In this document: piece by piece, positions 15,930 through 25,799 of the stretch | How positions within the stretch are numbered: position 1 is the first letter of the stretch | Layout of the letters: every line of letters begins with the position of its first letter | DNA from: Pseudobdellovibrionaceae bacterium | GTDB lineage: Bacteria > Bdellovibrionota > Bdellovibrionia > Bdellovibrionales > Bdellovibrionaceae | Direction: 5' to 3' | DNA length: 30,050 nt | NCBI GenBank assembly: GCA_044374645.1 | Contig: JBILOD010000001.1 | Location: forward strand, 1-30,050 | Notes under the pieces: generated by a model | Databases searched by the model: none | The model's input: only the letters and a program-made list of their open reading frames with translations | Told to the model about the DNA's origin: nothing | Made by a program: the position numbers and the translations under genes

Positions 15930-18287
15930 CTACCGTTCAATAGCAAAGGCCACTTGGTCGGTGTGCCCTTGTTCATCAGTACAGAGTAGGTCATGGTCTC
16001 CTACCGGTACGGTAAACGAGGGGGTGATTGCAAAGGTATCGATTCCTAAGGGTTTTCCATTTAGATAACAATGCCATCCCGAACTCAGTCCTGAAATTTT
16101 TAATTTAAGCGGCAGAGTCATTAATTCTTTTTTAGTTTTGGGGTCGAGTGTTTTAACGCCTGCATGCAACCAGTAGGTTTTGGGTTCGGGGGTGAGAATA
16201 AAGACTTTCCCCTTTTCGGCGGTTTTGGTTCGGCATTGGCTGCTAAATCGGGGCGCCATCTCGATGGAAGGGAGATTGTTGCTGGCCCAGAAACGTACGT
16301 CAGCAGGAAGTGATAGAAAGCTGCGAAGCTTTGGTTTCATGGTAGGTTGTTCGCAATCTTTGTTAATGCGTAAATTGGTTTTTTCATCCACTAAAATTTC
16401 ATCGTGATAGGGGCACCGTTTATGAACTGGGAGTCCTTTCACGGCCATAGTGAGTTTGCGATGAGGACAATGCGGACCAGCGGGGAGACCAGAAAATGCA
16501 CACACCTCTACTTGTTCAGTGTGACGATGGTTCCATTGATGAAGTGGCTCTTTGTCGATATTGCGAATTCTGGAAAATGCATCGAAGAGGATTGGAGCGG
16601 AGACTTCGGGGCCAACGAGTGCGGGAGCTGGTGCATAATCTAAATTACCAAGCCAGACTGCGATCGTATAGCGAGCGGTAAAACCGATGGCCCATGCATC
16701 GCGGTTACCTTGAGAGGTTCCGGTCTTCCAACGAATGTCCGATTGCTTTAAATAACTAGGATCGATGGCAAAATCAGGGCGGCCACGAATAGCTAAGGCA
16801 TCTCGAGTGAGTTCTACAGCTCCAGGATGAAGCCATTGCCACTCGTCCCTCGATGGCTCATTACGCAACCAGCGTATGGGTTTAATTTTTCCATCTCGTG
16901 CGAGAGCACGATAAAGCATCAATAAATCCCACTGTGTCGTCTCCAGGCCGCCAATGGCGATCGACAATCCTAGTTTATCTCGGGTGAGAGACGACCGCAT
17001 GCCGGAATTTAATAGGAATGTCAAAAAACCATCGATGCCATGATCTCGCAGTTGTTTTACCCAGGGCACATTGAGTGAATTTGATAAGGCGAGCTGGGCT
17101 TCGACCAAACCCGAAAACTGCCCATCGTAATTTTTGGGTTCGTAGCCTTCGACATCAATTGGCACATCTTCAAGGAGAGTGGCTGGGAGCATTTGGCCAG
17201 CCTCAATAAGGCGGGCAAAAATAAAGGGTTTTAGTAAACTTCCAGTGGAGCGAAAGGTGTTAAAGCCAGTCATTTTTTGGTTGTCACTTGAACGGTAAAA
17301 ATCGAAATTACCAATCGCGGCTCGCAACTCACCACTTGGATTGTCCAGTACTAAAACACTCACATTAAGAATTCCTTTGGCTCGCAGAGAAGCTTCACTG
17401 TGATGAATCAGGTCTTCGATGGAACTCTGAATTTGATAGTCGAGAGTTGTTTGAATATTGAAACTGGTGTTGGAAGGTTGTTTAGCGGGAACTAAATCAC
17501 TAAGATGTTCGGCATGACTTTCGAAGCTGGATCGCCATTCAGGGATAGGAGAGGTCAATGCCTGATCTCGATCCTCCGCCGAAATAACATCACATGCTAA
17601 GAGACGATCAAGGACTTGCGCGCGTTTGGTTTCTAAGGAACTAACGCTCTTCCGATCCCATCGATGAGGGGACTGGGGTAGTAACAAGAGAAAAGCCAAC
17701 TCCCCCGGTGCAAGAAATTTCGAAGGCTTTTTGAAGTAGCGATAACTGGCAGCTTCTAGGCCTTCAATATTGGCTCCGAAGGGTGCGTACGTTAAATATA
17801 AGTCCAAAATTTCGCTTTTGCTCAGTTGTGCTTCAAGCTGCAACGCCCGCAGTGCCTCTATGATTTTAGAACTGAGAGTTCGTTTTTTTGGCTCGAGCAG
17901 TCGAGCCACTTGCATCGTCAGTGTGGATCCACCTGACAGTACACGTCCACTCTGGAGATTTTGCCCCAAAGCCCGAGCCAAGGCGATAGGATCAACACCC
18001 CAGTGCCACAGAAAGCGTTTGTCCTCGAGACACATAAGCGATTGAGTGATCAGTGGAGGAAGAGATCTGGTTTCAGTGGCAAAACGCCACTTCTGATCTT
18101 CAGAGAGATAGGCTCGGAGAAGTTTACCGTCTTTAGAAAGTATCACTCTGGAATAGGAAATAACGCGGGCCCCTTTTGGCAAAGGCACCAAAAAGGGAGC
18201 GAGAATTCCAGCTAATACAAGAACTAGAACAAACCTTCGGCTTTGTTTGGCGTTAATCCAAGATTTGAATTTGCAAATCCTGGTCAT
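15930..18287 (-). CDS. pbpC: Penicillin-binding protein 1C (transglycosylase/transpeptidase)
   Basis: EDKRF and GGSTLTMQVARL transglycosylase motifs; SLLK, SLN and KTGT transpeptidase motifs; Cys-rich C-terminal domain. Start placed at ATG 18287, overlapping the A2M stop. Confidence 0.95.
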   Translation of the reverse strand: MTRICKFKSWINAKQSRRFVLVLVLAGILAPFLVPLPKGARVISYSRVILSKDGKLLRAYLSEDQKWRFATETRSLPPLITQSLMCLEDKRFLWHWGVDPIALARALGQNLQSGRVLSGGSTLTMQVARLLEPKKRTLSSKIIEALRALQLEAQLSKSEILDLYLTYAPFGANIEGLEAASYRYFKKPSKFLAPGELAFLLLLPQSPHRWDRKSVSSLETKRAQVLDRLLACDVISAEDRDQALTSPIPEWRSSFESHAEHLSDLVPAKQPSNTSFNIQTTLDYQIQSSIEDLIHHSEASLRAKGILNVSVLVLDNPSGELRAAIGNFDFYRSSDNQKMTGFNTFRSTGSLLKPFIFARLIEAGQMLPATLLEDVPIDVEGYEPKNYDGQFSGLVEAQLALSNSLNVPWVKQLRDHGIDGFLTFLLNSGMRSSLTRDKLGLSIAIGGLETTQWDLLMLYRALARDGKIKPIRWLRNEPSRDEWQWLHPGAVELTRDALAIRGRPDFAIDPSYLKQSDIRWKTGTSQGNRDAWAIGFTARYTIAVWLGNLDYAPAPALVGPEVSAPILFDAFSRIRNIDKEPLHQWNHRHTEQVEVCAFSGLPAGPHCPHRKLTMAVKGLPVHKRCPYHDEILVDEKTNLRINKDCEQPTMKPKLRSFLSLPADVRFWASNNLPSIEMAPRFSSQCRTKTAEKGKVFILTPEPKTYWLHAGVKTLDPKTKKELMTLPLKLKISGLSSGWHCYLNGKPLGIDTFAITPSFTVPVGDHDLLCTDEQGHTDQVAFAIER

Positions 18288-21200
18288 AATCAAACATCGA
18301 AGGTTCATACATTGCTTCAATAAAACTTGCAGGTGCAACATAAGATCCTTTGGTAACAGCTCTAACAGAGTAGTAAATGACCGCCGTTTGTCGGCTGGTA
18401 AGGGTTCCAAATACCTGAATTCGGTCATCGCGTAGGTCTTGGTATTCGGGAGTAAACACATCTTTTAGCCAGCTCAGTTCTTCGTTTTCTTTAATGCGCG
18501 GATTTTCAATTTCAAAGCCAGCGGGAAGACGGTCGACAATGGCCAGGTTAGACAATTTCGTGTGGGAATTGTTTCGGATGGTGAGAGCAACCACAAAGGT
18601 ATCACCCCGTTTGATGGTAGAAGGAGTGATGGCCGTTCCATTCTTTTGGTAAAAAGAACGACTAATCTCGAGGGTCTTGTTATTGCTCACCGGAGGCGTC
18701 TTAGTGTAGCCAGTGGCCTTTACATAGAGATACAACCCGGCTCCCTTGGGAGCGTCAATCAAATTGATTTTCGAGCCTCCGTTCATTGGGCCAACAAATG
18801 AGAATCCCGGATATCCCATCATCTCGATGGACTTAGTGATCTTCTTGCCGTTCCAAACCAACTGAGTCTTGGCCAGGGTTTTTGGGTCGACCTTTTTCGC
18901 ATTTTGCAAACGTTTGCTAAGGCCAATCATTGCCCAAGCAATGTCCTGAGTGGAGTAGTAGTAATTCTGTTTAGAGAGCTCTGCTGCGACTCTGGTGGCA
19001 AGGATGCCATTCGCTGGGTGATCAGGGAGAAGATCTTGCAAAATAGCAAGTCTCATTCCGTCCGATCGTAAGGGCGACCAATAGGTGTAGGCATAATCTC
19101 GTTCGCCACTGAATGAGGCAGAAAACAAATTTTCATTTCCAAGAATCGACAAAGTGTCTTTGTCACCGAGCAATTTCGCCGTGGCAGTCATCAAGAACAT
19201 ATTTTCCGCGATCATTCCATCGCCGACATAGGAACCATTTTTTATTGGCAGGTCGGCTTTACCATTCTTGGCGGCCGTACGGAGTTCAGGAGTCACTGCT
19301 TTTCCAGCCTTGGCCAAAACAAAAAGTGCAAGTGGGATTGCTCCTTCATTATAGCGAGCTCGTGCAAATCCATAGGGCGATTCACGCACAAAATTTAAAA
19401 GGTAAGTGAGGGCCGAATCTAGAGCGGTTGTGGAAACTTCAAAACCTAATTTTTTGGCTTCAAGTAACATGTAAGTGGCATAGGCAGTGCCCCATGGATT
19501 TGGGTTGGTATCACCGGGCCAGTAGGCAAAACCTCCAGAAACCGTTTGCATGCTGAGGATGCGCGTGATGCCTCGGTAGACCATATCATTGAGGTTGCTG
19601 TAATGTTTATCGTTCTTAGTCGTAATCCAAGGTAACAGTGCTCCCATCGACAAAAGTGGCATTGTAGAAGAGGTTGTTTGCTCGATACATCCATAGGGAT
19701 AGTGGATCAAGGAAGTAAGATGTCCGAGTTGGTCTAAATAAGGTAAGTTTGATACGGTCGCTTCTAAGCGCAAGTAATCAGAACGCCAGTTACCAGGCAA
19801 CCACTGACCGAGGTTCGACTCTTTGTCTGCGGGCAAGGCGAGTCTCACCATTTGTTCCACGCCCGCTGGTTTGAGCGGTAATTCAAATTTTTCCTCCGAC
19901 ATCAATTTTCCATTTTCAGACTGCGCCTTGATATTGAAAACCGCTGTATTGATGACTCCCTTGACTTCAGCCTCGAAAAGACTGGTTTTTTGTTGCTCAT
20001 TCGTGAGCGTAAAAGACTGCTCGCGTTTTGCGACCGTGACATTGCTGTCCGTGCTGACTTGGACTTTTACGGTTTGCGGTTGTCCGCTCAGATTAGTGAT
20101 GGTGGCCGGAAAACTAAATTTGTCACCTTGAGTGAGAAAACGGGGCAAAGTCGATTGCAACACGAGTGGATCGCGCACAGTCATTTCGCTGAAACTGGAA
20201 CCGATGCGGGATTTGCTGCTCGCGACGACCATCAGGCGAAGTTTGCCCTGAAAGCTGGGTAGGGTTATCGAGACATTGGCCTTGCCATTGGCGTCGGATA
20301 ATATTTTGGGAAACCAGTAGGCCACTAGAGTCACCGGCATGGTCTTGTTTTTAGCGCCACCACTTTCGTCGCCGCCTGGAGTTTTACCGTTGCCACTGTA
20401 GGCCACAGTCCAACCTAATGTTTCTGCAGAATTGACGCCCATTCGACGAGGCTCAAAGAAACGTCGTACCGGGTCTGGCGAAGTGAAATTTGTCATTTGT
20501 AAAATGCCTTCGTCGACCGCAGCCAAAACATACTCAGCCGGAGTGTTTTGGGCGTTCTCAATTGAAATCGCAACTGTTTTACGGCTTTCACTGAGCTCGG
20601 GGTGAACGAGTTTCACGTTTAAGCGATGGGTGCTAGAGATGACATTGACCGACTTGGCTCCCCAAGCTCGTGCGGGAATCCAGCGATTGGAGTTTTTTTC
20701 GTAGGGTCGCTTAAGCAGTAGCGCTGATACATACACATTTGGAATAACATTCGGGACTTTGAAATTTGCCGTCACGGGCCCAGGCTTATCGATGTCGATC
20801 CATTTAGTCTCAATGACTCGATCGGTTTCTAGCGTAAACAGTATGCGCCCAGAGAACGGAGCTGTGACCATGGCTTTAAGATCGTCACCGGGACTGAGTT
20901 CTGTGGCAGAAACTTCGACTTTGAGTTGTTCGGGCTGCGGAGCGCGAGATCCACTTGCCGCAACGGCAGAATCATCATACCACCAACCGAGAGAGCCAGC
21001 ATTGAGGTCCGCAGTGTAGCCAGTTTTTGTGTCGACGGCCCGGACGATCCAATCACCCCAATCTTGGGTGACACGAAGGGATTCAGAAAAGCTTCCATCC
21101 GTTGAGTCGATGGTTTTTTCGACTCCTGCCGGTGAAATCAATTCTTCGACTTTCCAGGAGTCACCATCATACTCGCCACGATCGTAGGCATAGTACCATT

Positions 21201-23256
21201 GCTCTGTTCGACGAAACAATTTGATTTGAATTTTCATTGGGCGCTTTAGTTGATCACCTTTGTAGTTGAAGAGCTTCCCCTCGAAAAAAATGGTGTGGTC
21301 TTGTTTATTCTTAAGTTTAATTCCTATTAACCCGTCAGTGGCTCCTACATAGGCGAAGGCACTCTTTGTACTCACGCGTGCACTTCCGGCTTCAGACACC
21401 TCGACTTTCGATTTCAATTCGTAAGTTTCGGGAAGTTTGTTGGTGCCAAGTGTTCCCATATCACAATTGCTTTGTCCACCACCAGTGGGATTCAGTGTTC
21501 CTTCGTTGGCTTGTAAATTGATCGGGTTCTTGGACTCTTTACCATAAATACCAGTGGCATAGTCGGGGTTTTTAGGGATGGTGGTGAAAGCCGGCTTCAT
21601 CCAACAGCTGGTGGTGAAACGGCCTTGGGCCACCGGGGGACCGAATAAATAGTTCGCCTGAATATCAAATAGAACTGATTTAGGATTAACCACAAACTCT
21701 TGTGTGGGCTTCATTTTGACGCCGATTCGTTCAGGAACGAATTCTTCAACTAAAAAACTCATATCATGTAGGACCCGGTCGCCTGAAGCCACAGTCACTG
21801 TATACTTTCCGGTGTCACTTGCCGCCGAAGTTGAGTACGAGAGATAAGTCATCCCTAGGGCGCTCGTCTCGGTGATGGTTTCGCGAACGACTTTGCCGCG
21901 CGGGCTGGTGATGACCCACCTCAATGGCAAGTTTTCTACGGTTTCGATGTCTTTGTTGCGAACCATAGCGGCGAGGTTTACGGTTTCCCCGGGGCGATAC
22001 AAGTCCCGTTCCGCAAAAAGGTAGGCTTCCATCGTACCAGCGGACGAGTTGAAATTGCGGTTTCCCGCATGAAATGGATCATTAGAAAGCACAAGATCGG
22101 AAAGCCGAAGAAAGGTTGAGTCTTTTCCAGAGCGCACAACAACGGCATAGGGGGTATTTTTTGGAGATTCTTTCCATTTGATTTGGCAAAAACCGGTACC
22201 ACCCTGCGATTTGCAACTGCTGATTTTGCGATTGGCTTGGGATAATAAGTCCACATTAGCCTCACCAATGGGTGATAAATCTTTAGTGTTTAGGACCCAA
22301 ACTGAAATTTCATCTTTAGCTGACTGCTTCGTCACCAGACTAAGGTTGGTCACCACAAGGGTTGATTTGGCCAAGAACTGGCCCTGGCGGGCAGGTGATG
22401 ACTCCTGTGTGACCATCGTGCCGTCTACGTATTCGCCACCATCACCCTCATCAGGTGGTGGTGGTGTCGAACCAATATTGGCATTCTTTGGGGTATCGAG
22501 TCCTTCTTCTACATAGGCCTGCACTTCAAAAATACCCTGGCCAACCACATTTAAATCTGAGAGTGAAAAAGAACCTTTGGTGGTTTGATTCAATTTGCCT
22601 TTGATGGTTTCTATTTTAGTCTTGGTTTCATCACTGGTCCACGGGCTAGTGCTTTCACTGGACGTGAGCCACTGATGGATATTTTGAGGATAAACCTGTC
22701 TGACTGTGAACTTTACCTTTTTGAGGTTAACGGATTCCCAGGATAGAGAGCCCTGTAAACTTTCTGGCAAATAACGAGCGTTGGTTTTAAATTTAAACCC
22801 TGCAGGAAAGTTGCCGGTTTCCACGGTTTTGGAGGTCGTCTCAGAGAGAACGGTGCCATCTTTCGCGCGGAGCCCTTTTTTCAAATGAACAGTGTAAGAG
22901 GTTCGTGGCTTGAAATCTCCGACTAAGAAAAAACCTCCAGGCGTAGTGCTGATCGAAAATTGAGTGGCAGGTTTTACATCGAGGTAATTGTAGAGCTCTA
23001 CGGAATCATATTCCGTTCGACTCATTTCTCGTTCGAACTCATATTCTGAACGAGCCATGGTGCTGGGCCTTCCATTGGGATAATGCTTTTGCAAATGAAC
23101 TCGCAGTGAAAATGATGATGAGCCCTGTTGCACTAAGACATTTTGTAGTTGGAGAATGGGTTGGTTTGGGGCTGATACCCCCTGGGCACAGAGGGTATGT
23201 CCCAATAGGTTTAAGATGCACACTAGTAAAGTTAGTTTAAGAAATCTAAATGTCAT
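18253..23256 (-). CDS. yfhM: Bacterial alpha-2-macroglobulin
   Basis: Thioester motif YPYGCIEQ; RDLYRPGETV, EEFVP, AAVDEGIL and P.FL..GD MG-domain motifs; D.LPAGFEIEN; followed by pbpC. Confidence 0.96.
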   Translation of the reverse strand: MTFRFLKLTLLVCILNLLGHTLCAQGVSAPNQPILQLQNVLVQQGSSSFSLRVHLQKHYPNGRPSTMARSEYEFEREMSRTEYDSVELYNYLDVKPATQFSISTTPGGFFLVGDFKPRTSYTVHLKKGLRAKDGTVLSETTSKTVETGNFPAGFKFKTNARYLPESLQGSLSWESVNLKKVKFTVRQVYPQNIHQWLTSSESTSPWTSDETKTKIETIKGKLNQTTKGSFSLSDLNVVGQGIFEVQAYVEEGLDTPKNANIGSTPPPPDEGDGGEYVDGTMVTQESSPARQGQFLAKSTLVVTNLSLVTKQSAKDEISVWVLNTKDLSPIGEANVDLLSQANRKISSCKSQGGTGFCQIKWKESPKNTPYAVVVRSGKDSTFLRLSDLVLSNDPFHAGNRNFNSSAGTMEAYLFAERDLYRPGETVNLAAMVRNKDIETVENLPLRWVITSPRGKVVRETITETSALGMTYLSYSTSAASDTGKYTVTVASGDRVLHDMSFLVEEFVPERIGVKMKPTQEFVVNPKSVLFDIQANYLFGPPVAQGRFTTSCWMKPAFTTIPKNPDYATGIYGKESKNPINLQANEGTLNPTGGGQSNCDMGTLGTNKLPETYELKSKVEVSEAGSARVSTKSAFAYVGATDGLIGIKLKNKQDHTIFFEGKLFNYKGDQLKRPMKIQIKLFRRTEQWYYAYDRGEYDGDSWKVEELISPAGVEKTIDSTDGSFSESLRVTQDWGDWIVRAVDTKTGYTADLNAGSLGWWYDDSAVAASGSRAPQPEQLKVEVSATELSPGDDLKAMVTAPFSGRILFTLETDRVIETKWIDIDKPGPVTANFKVPNVIPNVYVSALLLKRPYEKNSNRWIPARAWGAKSVNVISSTHRLNVKLVHPELSESRKTVAISIENAQNTPAEYVLAAVDEGILQMTNFTSPDPVRRFFEPRRMGVNSAETLGWTVAYSGNGKTPGGDESGGAKNKTMPVTLVAYWFPKILSDANGKANVSITLPSFQGKLRLMVVASSKSRIGSSFSEMTVRDPLVLQSTLPRFLTQGDKFSFPATITNLSGQPQTVKVQVSTDSNVTVAKREQSFTLTNEQQKTSLFEAEVKGVINTAVFNIKAQSENGKLMSEEKFELPLKPAGVEQMVRLALPADKESNLGQWLPGNWRSDYLRLEATVSNLPYLDQLGHLTSLIHYPYGCIEQTTSSTMPLLSMGALLPWITTKNDKHYSNLNDMVYRGITRILSMQTVSGGFAYWPGDTNPNPWGTAYATYMLLEAKKLGFEVSTTALDSALTYLLNFVRESPYGFARARYNEGAIPLALFVLAKAGKAVTPELRTAAKNGKADLPIKNGSYVGDGMIAENMFLMTATAKLLGDKDTLSILGNENLFSASFSGERDYAYTYWSPLRSDGMRLAILQDLLPDHPANGILATRVAAELSKQNYYYSTQDIAWAMIGLSKRLQNAKKVDPKTLAKTQLVWNGKKITKSIEMMGYPGFSFVGPMNGGSKINLIDAPKGAGLYLYVKATGYTKTPPVSNNKTLEISRSFYQKNGTAITPSTIKRGDTFVVALTIRNNSHTKLSNLAIVDRLPAGFEIENPRIKENEELSWLKDVFTPEYQDLRDDRIQVFGTLTSRQTAVIYYSVRAVTKGSYVAPASFIEAMYEPSMFDYDQDLQIQILD

Positions 23257-23462
23257 CTGAAGGCTCCTGTTGATTCGATGTCTTCGGCTTAAGTGTTAAA
23301 TCTCCCAAGTGCGATAAAAGTCTCGATTTACTAAGGGCTTGTAAGAAAGGCCTCATAGAAAAGTCCATTTTGCCGTGAGGATAGGCTAACTGGCTAATTA
23401 AGGTAAATTGAAGATTTCGAGAGATGTCGTGTTGGAAAAAAAGTGGGTCGATTTGGCTTTTT

Positions 23463-23480
23463 TTTTGAGCGCGCTCAAAA
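23463..23480. promoter_or_regulatory. Perfect 18-bp palindrome in the divergent A2M / DUF2802-like intergenic region
   Basis: TTTTGAGCGCGCTCAAAA is its own reverse complement; function is inferred only. Confidence 0.4.
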
Positions 23481-23668
23481 GCAATTTGGGAATTGGCTGA
23501 GTTGCATTGAAAGTACTTTTGCAAAGACTAGAGGCGTTCACTGGTCAAATTCGGGCGAGCCTTGTAGTGGCCAAGCCTTGAGTCCTGCTTTTTGGAATAG
23601 GACTAGTCGATTTACCAGAGAATTGAAACACTAATGGATAGTTACTTGTTTCGTGTGAGGGGGCTTGC

Positions 23669-24589
23669 TTGGGACTCATTGGCATCTTATTTCTGGCGCT
23701 GGTACAGTTAATGTTTTTTGCGGGATTGGTTTTTTTGTGGATGCGAATGAAGCGAAGTATGGACGATGACTCTCGGTGGAGTCGCAGTCTTCAGTTTTTG
23801 CAGAGCAAAATTGCGGTGTTTGAGGATCTAAGTGATCGCACTGAGACGCAAGTTAAACAATTGACGTTGATGATGGAGAATAAAATCTGCGATCTGCAAC
23901 GAAAAATTGATGAAGCCGATGAAATTCTCAATAAAATATCGAATTCTATGAAAAAGTCCATTGAAGTGGCACAGATCTTTCAAGACAAAATTCCCCACGA
24001 AGAGATTATTGAACGACAGAACACCGTTAAATTCGTGAAGGCCGCACTTCTTGCCAATGAAGGTAAGGCCGCCGAAGAGATTGCACAAACTGTTGATTTA
24101 CCTATTGCGCAGATTGAATTCATCGTGAAAGTGAATTCTGATCGTTTAAGTTTTGACGCCAGTCAGATCCCTGAGTGGTTGAAATCGGAACTCAACAAAG
24201 ATCCTCTGACCAAACACAGTTTATTTGAGAAAAAAAAGTTGGAGCGTATTTCTGATGGATTTCAAACCCGCTCTCCCTTGCGCCCAATAGAACAAGTGCT
24301 TAAGAACCGCGCTATCTCGGCTGAGTTCGAACCGGCAATTCCAACACAGGCTCAACCACAAAAACCTCAAGTAGCACAACCGATTCCCATAGCGGACTCG
24401 TCGACTGTCCCGGTCGAGATTCCCACTCAGTCCTCTCCAATTTTTATCGGTACCAAATCCAATTCGACTCAATCTAAGTCAGCATCGGATCTCCAAGCAA
24501 CCCAACTTGCCCACGGCGCTCTCATCAAAAAAGCCAAAGATATGGGAATCCGGCCAGTGGTATTTCCGCGAATTGACATGCCAAGATAA
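23669..24589 (+). CDS. Membrane-anchored coiled-coil protein with DUF2802-like helical motif
   Basis: TTG start after GAGGGG; N-terminal TM; heptad coiled coil; KAALLANEG...EEIA..VDLP.AQIEFI; Pro/Gln/Ser linker. Confidence 0.78.
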   Translation: MGLIGILFLALVQLMFFAGLVFLWMRMKRSMDDDSRWSRSLQFLQSKIAVFEDLSDRTETQVKQLTLMMENKICDLQRKIDEADEILNKISNSMKKSIEVAQIFQDKIPHEEIIERQNTVKFVKAALLANEGKAAEEIAQTVDLPIAQIEFIVKVNSDRLSFDASQIPEWLKSELNKDPLTKHSLFEKKKLERISDGFQTRSPLRPIEQVLKNRAISAEFEPAIPTQAQPQKPQVAQPIPIADSSTVPVEIPTQSSPIFIGTKSNSTQSKSASDLQATQLAHGALIKKAKDMGIRPVVFPRIDMPR

Positions 24590-24599
24590 AGACACTTTA

Positions 24600-24615
24600 T
24601 GGGGCGAATGCCCCA
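24600..24615 (+). terminator. Possible terminator hairpin
   Basis: TGGGGC-gaat-GCCCCA, 10 nt after the stop; no U-tract. Confidence 0.3.
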
Positions 24616-24718
24616 ACCAGTTTAGAAAAACCAATCATTTTAAAGATTTAATTATGGTGCCATCATCCACTATTCAGATTGGCAAATTTTTGCGAAGTTG
24701 TGAATACAGGAGGTCCAC

Positions 24719-24982
24719 ATGAAATCATTTATCGTGGCAGTATTGATGTCGAGTTTTGTAATAACAGCCTATGCAAAGAAAAATTGCACTGACGTACCTA
24801 AGGAAAGTGGGAGTTGGTTGACCGAAGAGGACTTCAAAAAGAAAGTCACTGATATGGGTTACAAAATCAAAAGATTCAAAACCCCGGGAACATGCTATGA
24901 AATTTATGGCACCGATAAGGATGGCAACAAGGTTGAGATCTACTTTAACCCTGTTGATGCATCGATTGTAGCAAAAGATTAA
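24719..24982 (+). CDS. Small secreted PepSY-domain (PepSY_2-like) protein
   Basis: SD AGGAGG; signal peptide; C...W...GY.I..FK...CYEIYG.DKDG.KVEIYFNP pattern. Confidence 0.88.
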   Translation: MKSFIVAVLMSSFVITAYAKKNCTDVPKESGSWLTEEDFKKKVTDMGYKIKRFKTPGTCYEIYGTDKDGNKVEIYFNPVDASIVAKD

Positions 24983-25011
24983 ATTGAACACCTAACGGCC
25001 CGGAGTAAATT

Positions 25012-25788
25012 ATGAAGTTCTTAATTTGGGATTTACCGACAAGACTTTTCCACTGGCTCTTTGCAGGTTCTGTGGTGATGGCATTTGCACTAGCAGAGTT
25101 GGCTGAAAAAGAAACGCCACTCTTTTATATGCATGTCGTATTTGCCGTCCTGGCGGCATTGTTGTTAATATGGCGCCTTCTTTGGGGCATCATTGGCAGT
25201 AAGCATTCCAAATGGAGTCAGTTATTTTTTACTCCTGGTTCTATTGTTGAGTATTTCAAAAGTGTTTTGAGTGGCAGGGGTATTTACCACGCGGGCCACA
25301 ACCCTGGTGGGGCAACTGTGGTGCTTGGAATTATGGGATTAGTGGCGTTAACAATTGTCTCAGGACTTCTCATCACACAGTCAGAATTTTTTGAAGAGGT
25401 GCACGAATCACTACCCATTGTGACGATGGTTTTGGTGGCATTTCACGTGGTTGGAGTGTTGTTGGCGACTAGAATGAATAATGAGAATTATGCGCTTTCA
25501 ATGATTACAGGACGCCGTCGGGCCACCGAACCTGAAAGTATTTCGAGCGCGCATCCCGTGGCTGCCGTCTTTATGCTTGCCTTAGTTTTGGGAGGATGGT
25601 TTTACTTCATCAAGGGCTTTGATCGTAACAAGGCGCTATTCACTGCTCCAGGAACAAGTTGGACCTTTCAAGTCGGAGAACCTGAGGACGAAGGAGAGGG
25701 CAATGAGAATGAGGGTGATGCTCAGTCTCAAGGGCCTGAAGGTGAGAATGCCGGCGCCGATGACGATGATGATGGAGACGACGACTAG
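25012..25788 (+). CDS. Cytochrome b/b6-domain membrane protein (Ni-hydrogenase cytochrome b-like)
   Basis: WDLPTRLFHW, H in MHVVF, GHNPGG, EEVHE and FHVVGV provide the haem His positions; acidic tail. Confidence 0.9.
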   Translation: MKFLIWDLPTRLFHWLFAGSVVMAFALAELAEKETPLFYMHVVFAVLAALLLIWRLLWGIIGSKHSKWSQLFFTPGSIVEYFKSVLSGRGIYHAGHNPGGATVVLGIMGLVALTIVSGLLITQSEFFEEVHESLPIVTMVLVAFHVVGVLLATRMNNENYALSMITGRRRATEPESISSAHPVAAVFMLALVLGGWFYFIKGFDRNKALFTAPGTSWTFQVGEPEDEGEGNENEGDAQSQGPEGENAGADDDDDGDDD

Positions 25789-25799
25789 GGAGCTAATGT

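Noticed and set aside
15930-18461. 843-aa pbpC and 184-aa pgpA starts as given in the ORF track
   Set aside because: The extensions overlap neighbouring genes and lack family features; starts were reassigned to 18287 and 6105.
23246-23524. 92-aa minus-strand ORF overlapping the A2M start
   Set aside because: No SD, no recognisable motif, and it spans probable promoter palindromes; cannot be supported, though not excluded.
24679-24694. TGGCAAATTTTTGC as a sigma-54 promoter
   Set aside because: GG-to-GC spacing is 9 nt; sigma-54 strictly needs 10.
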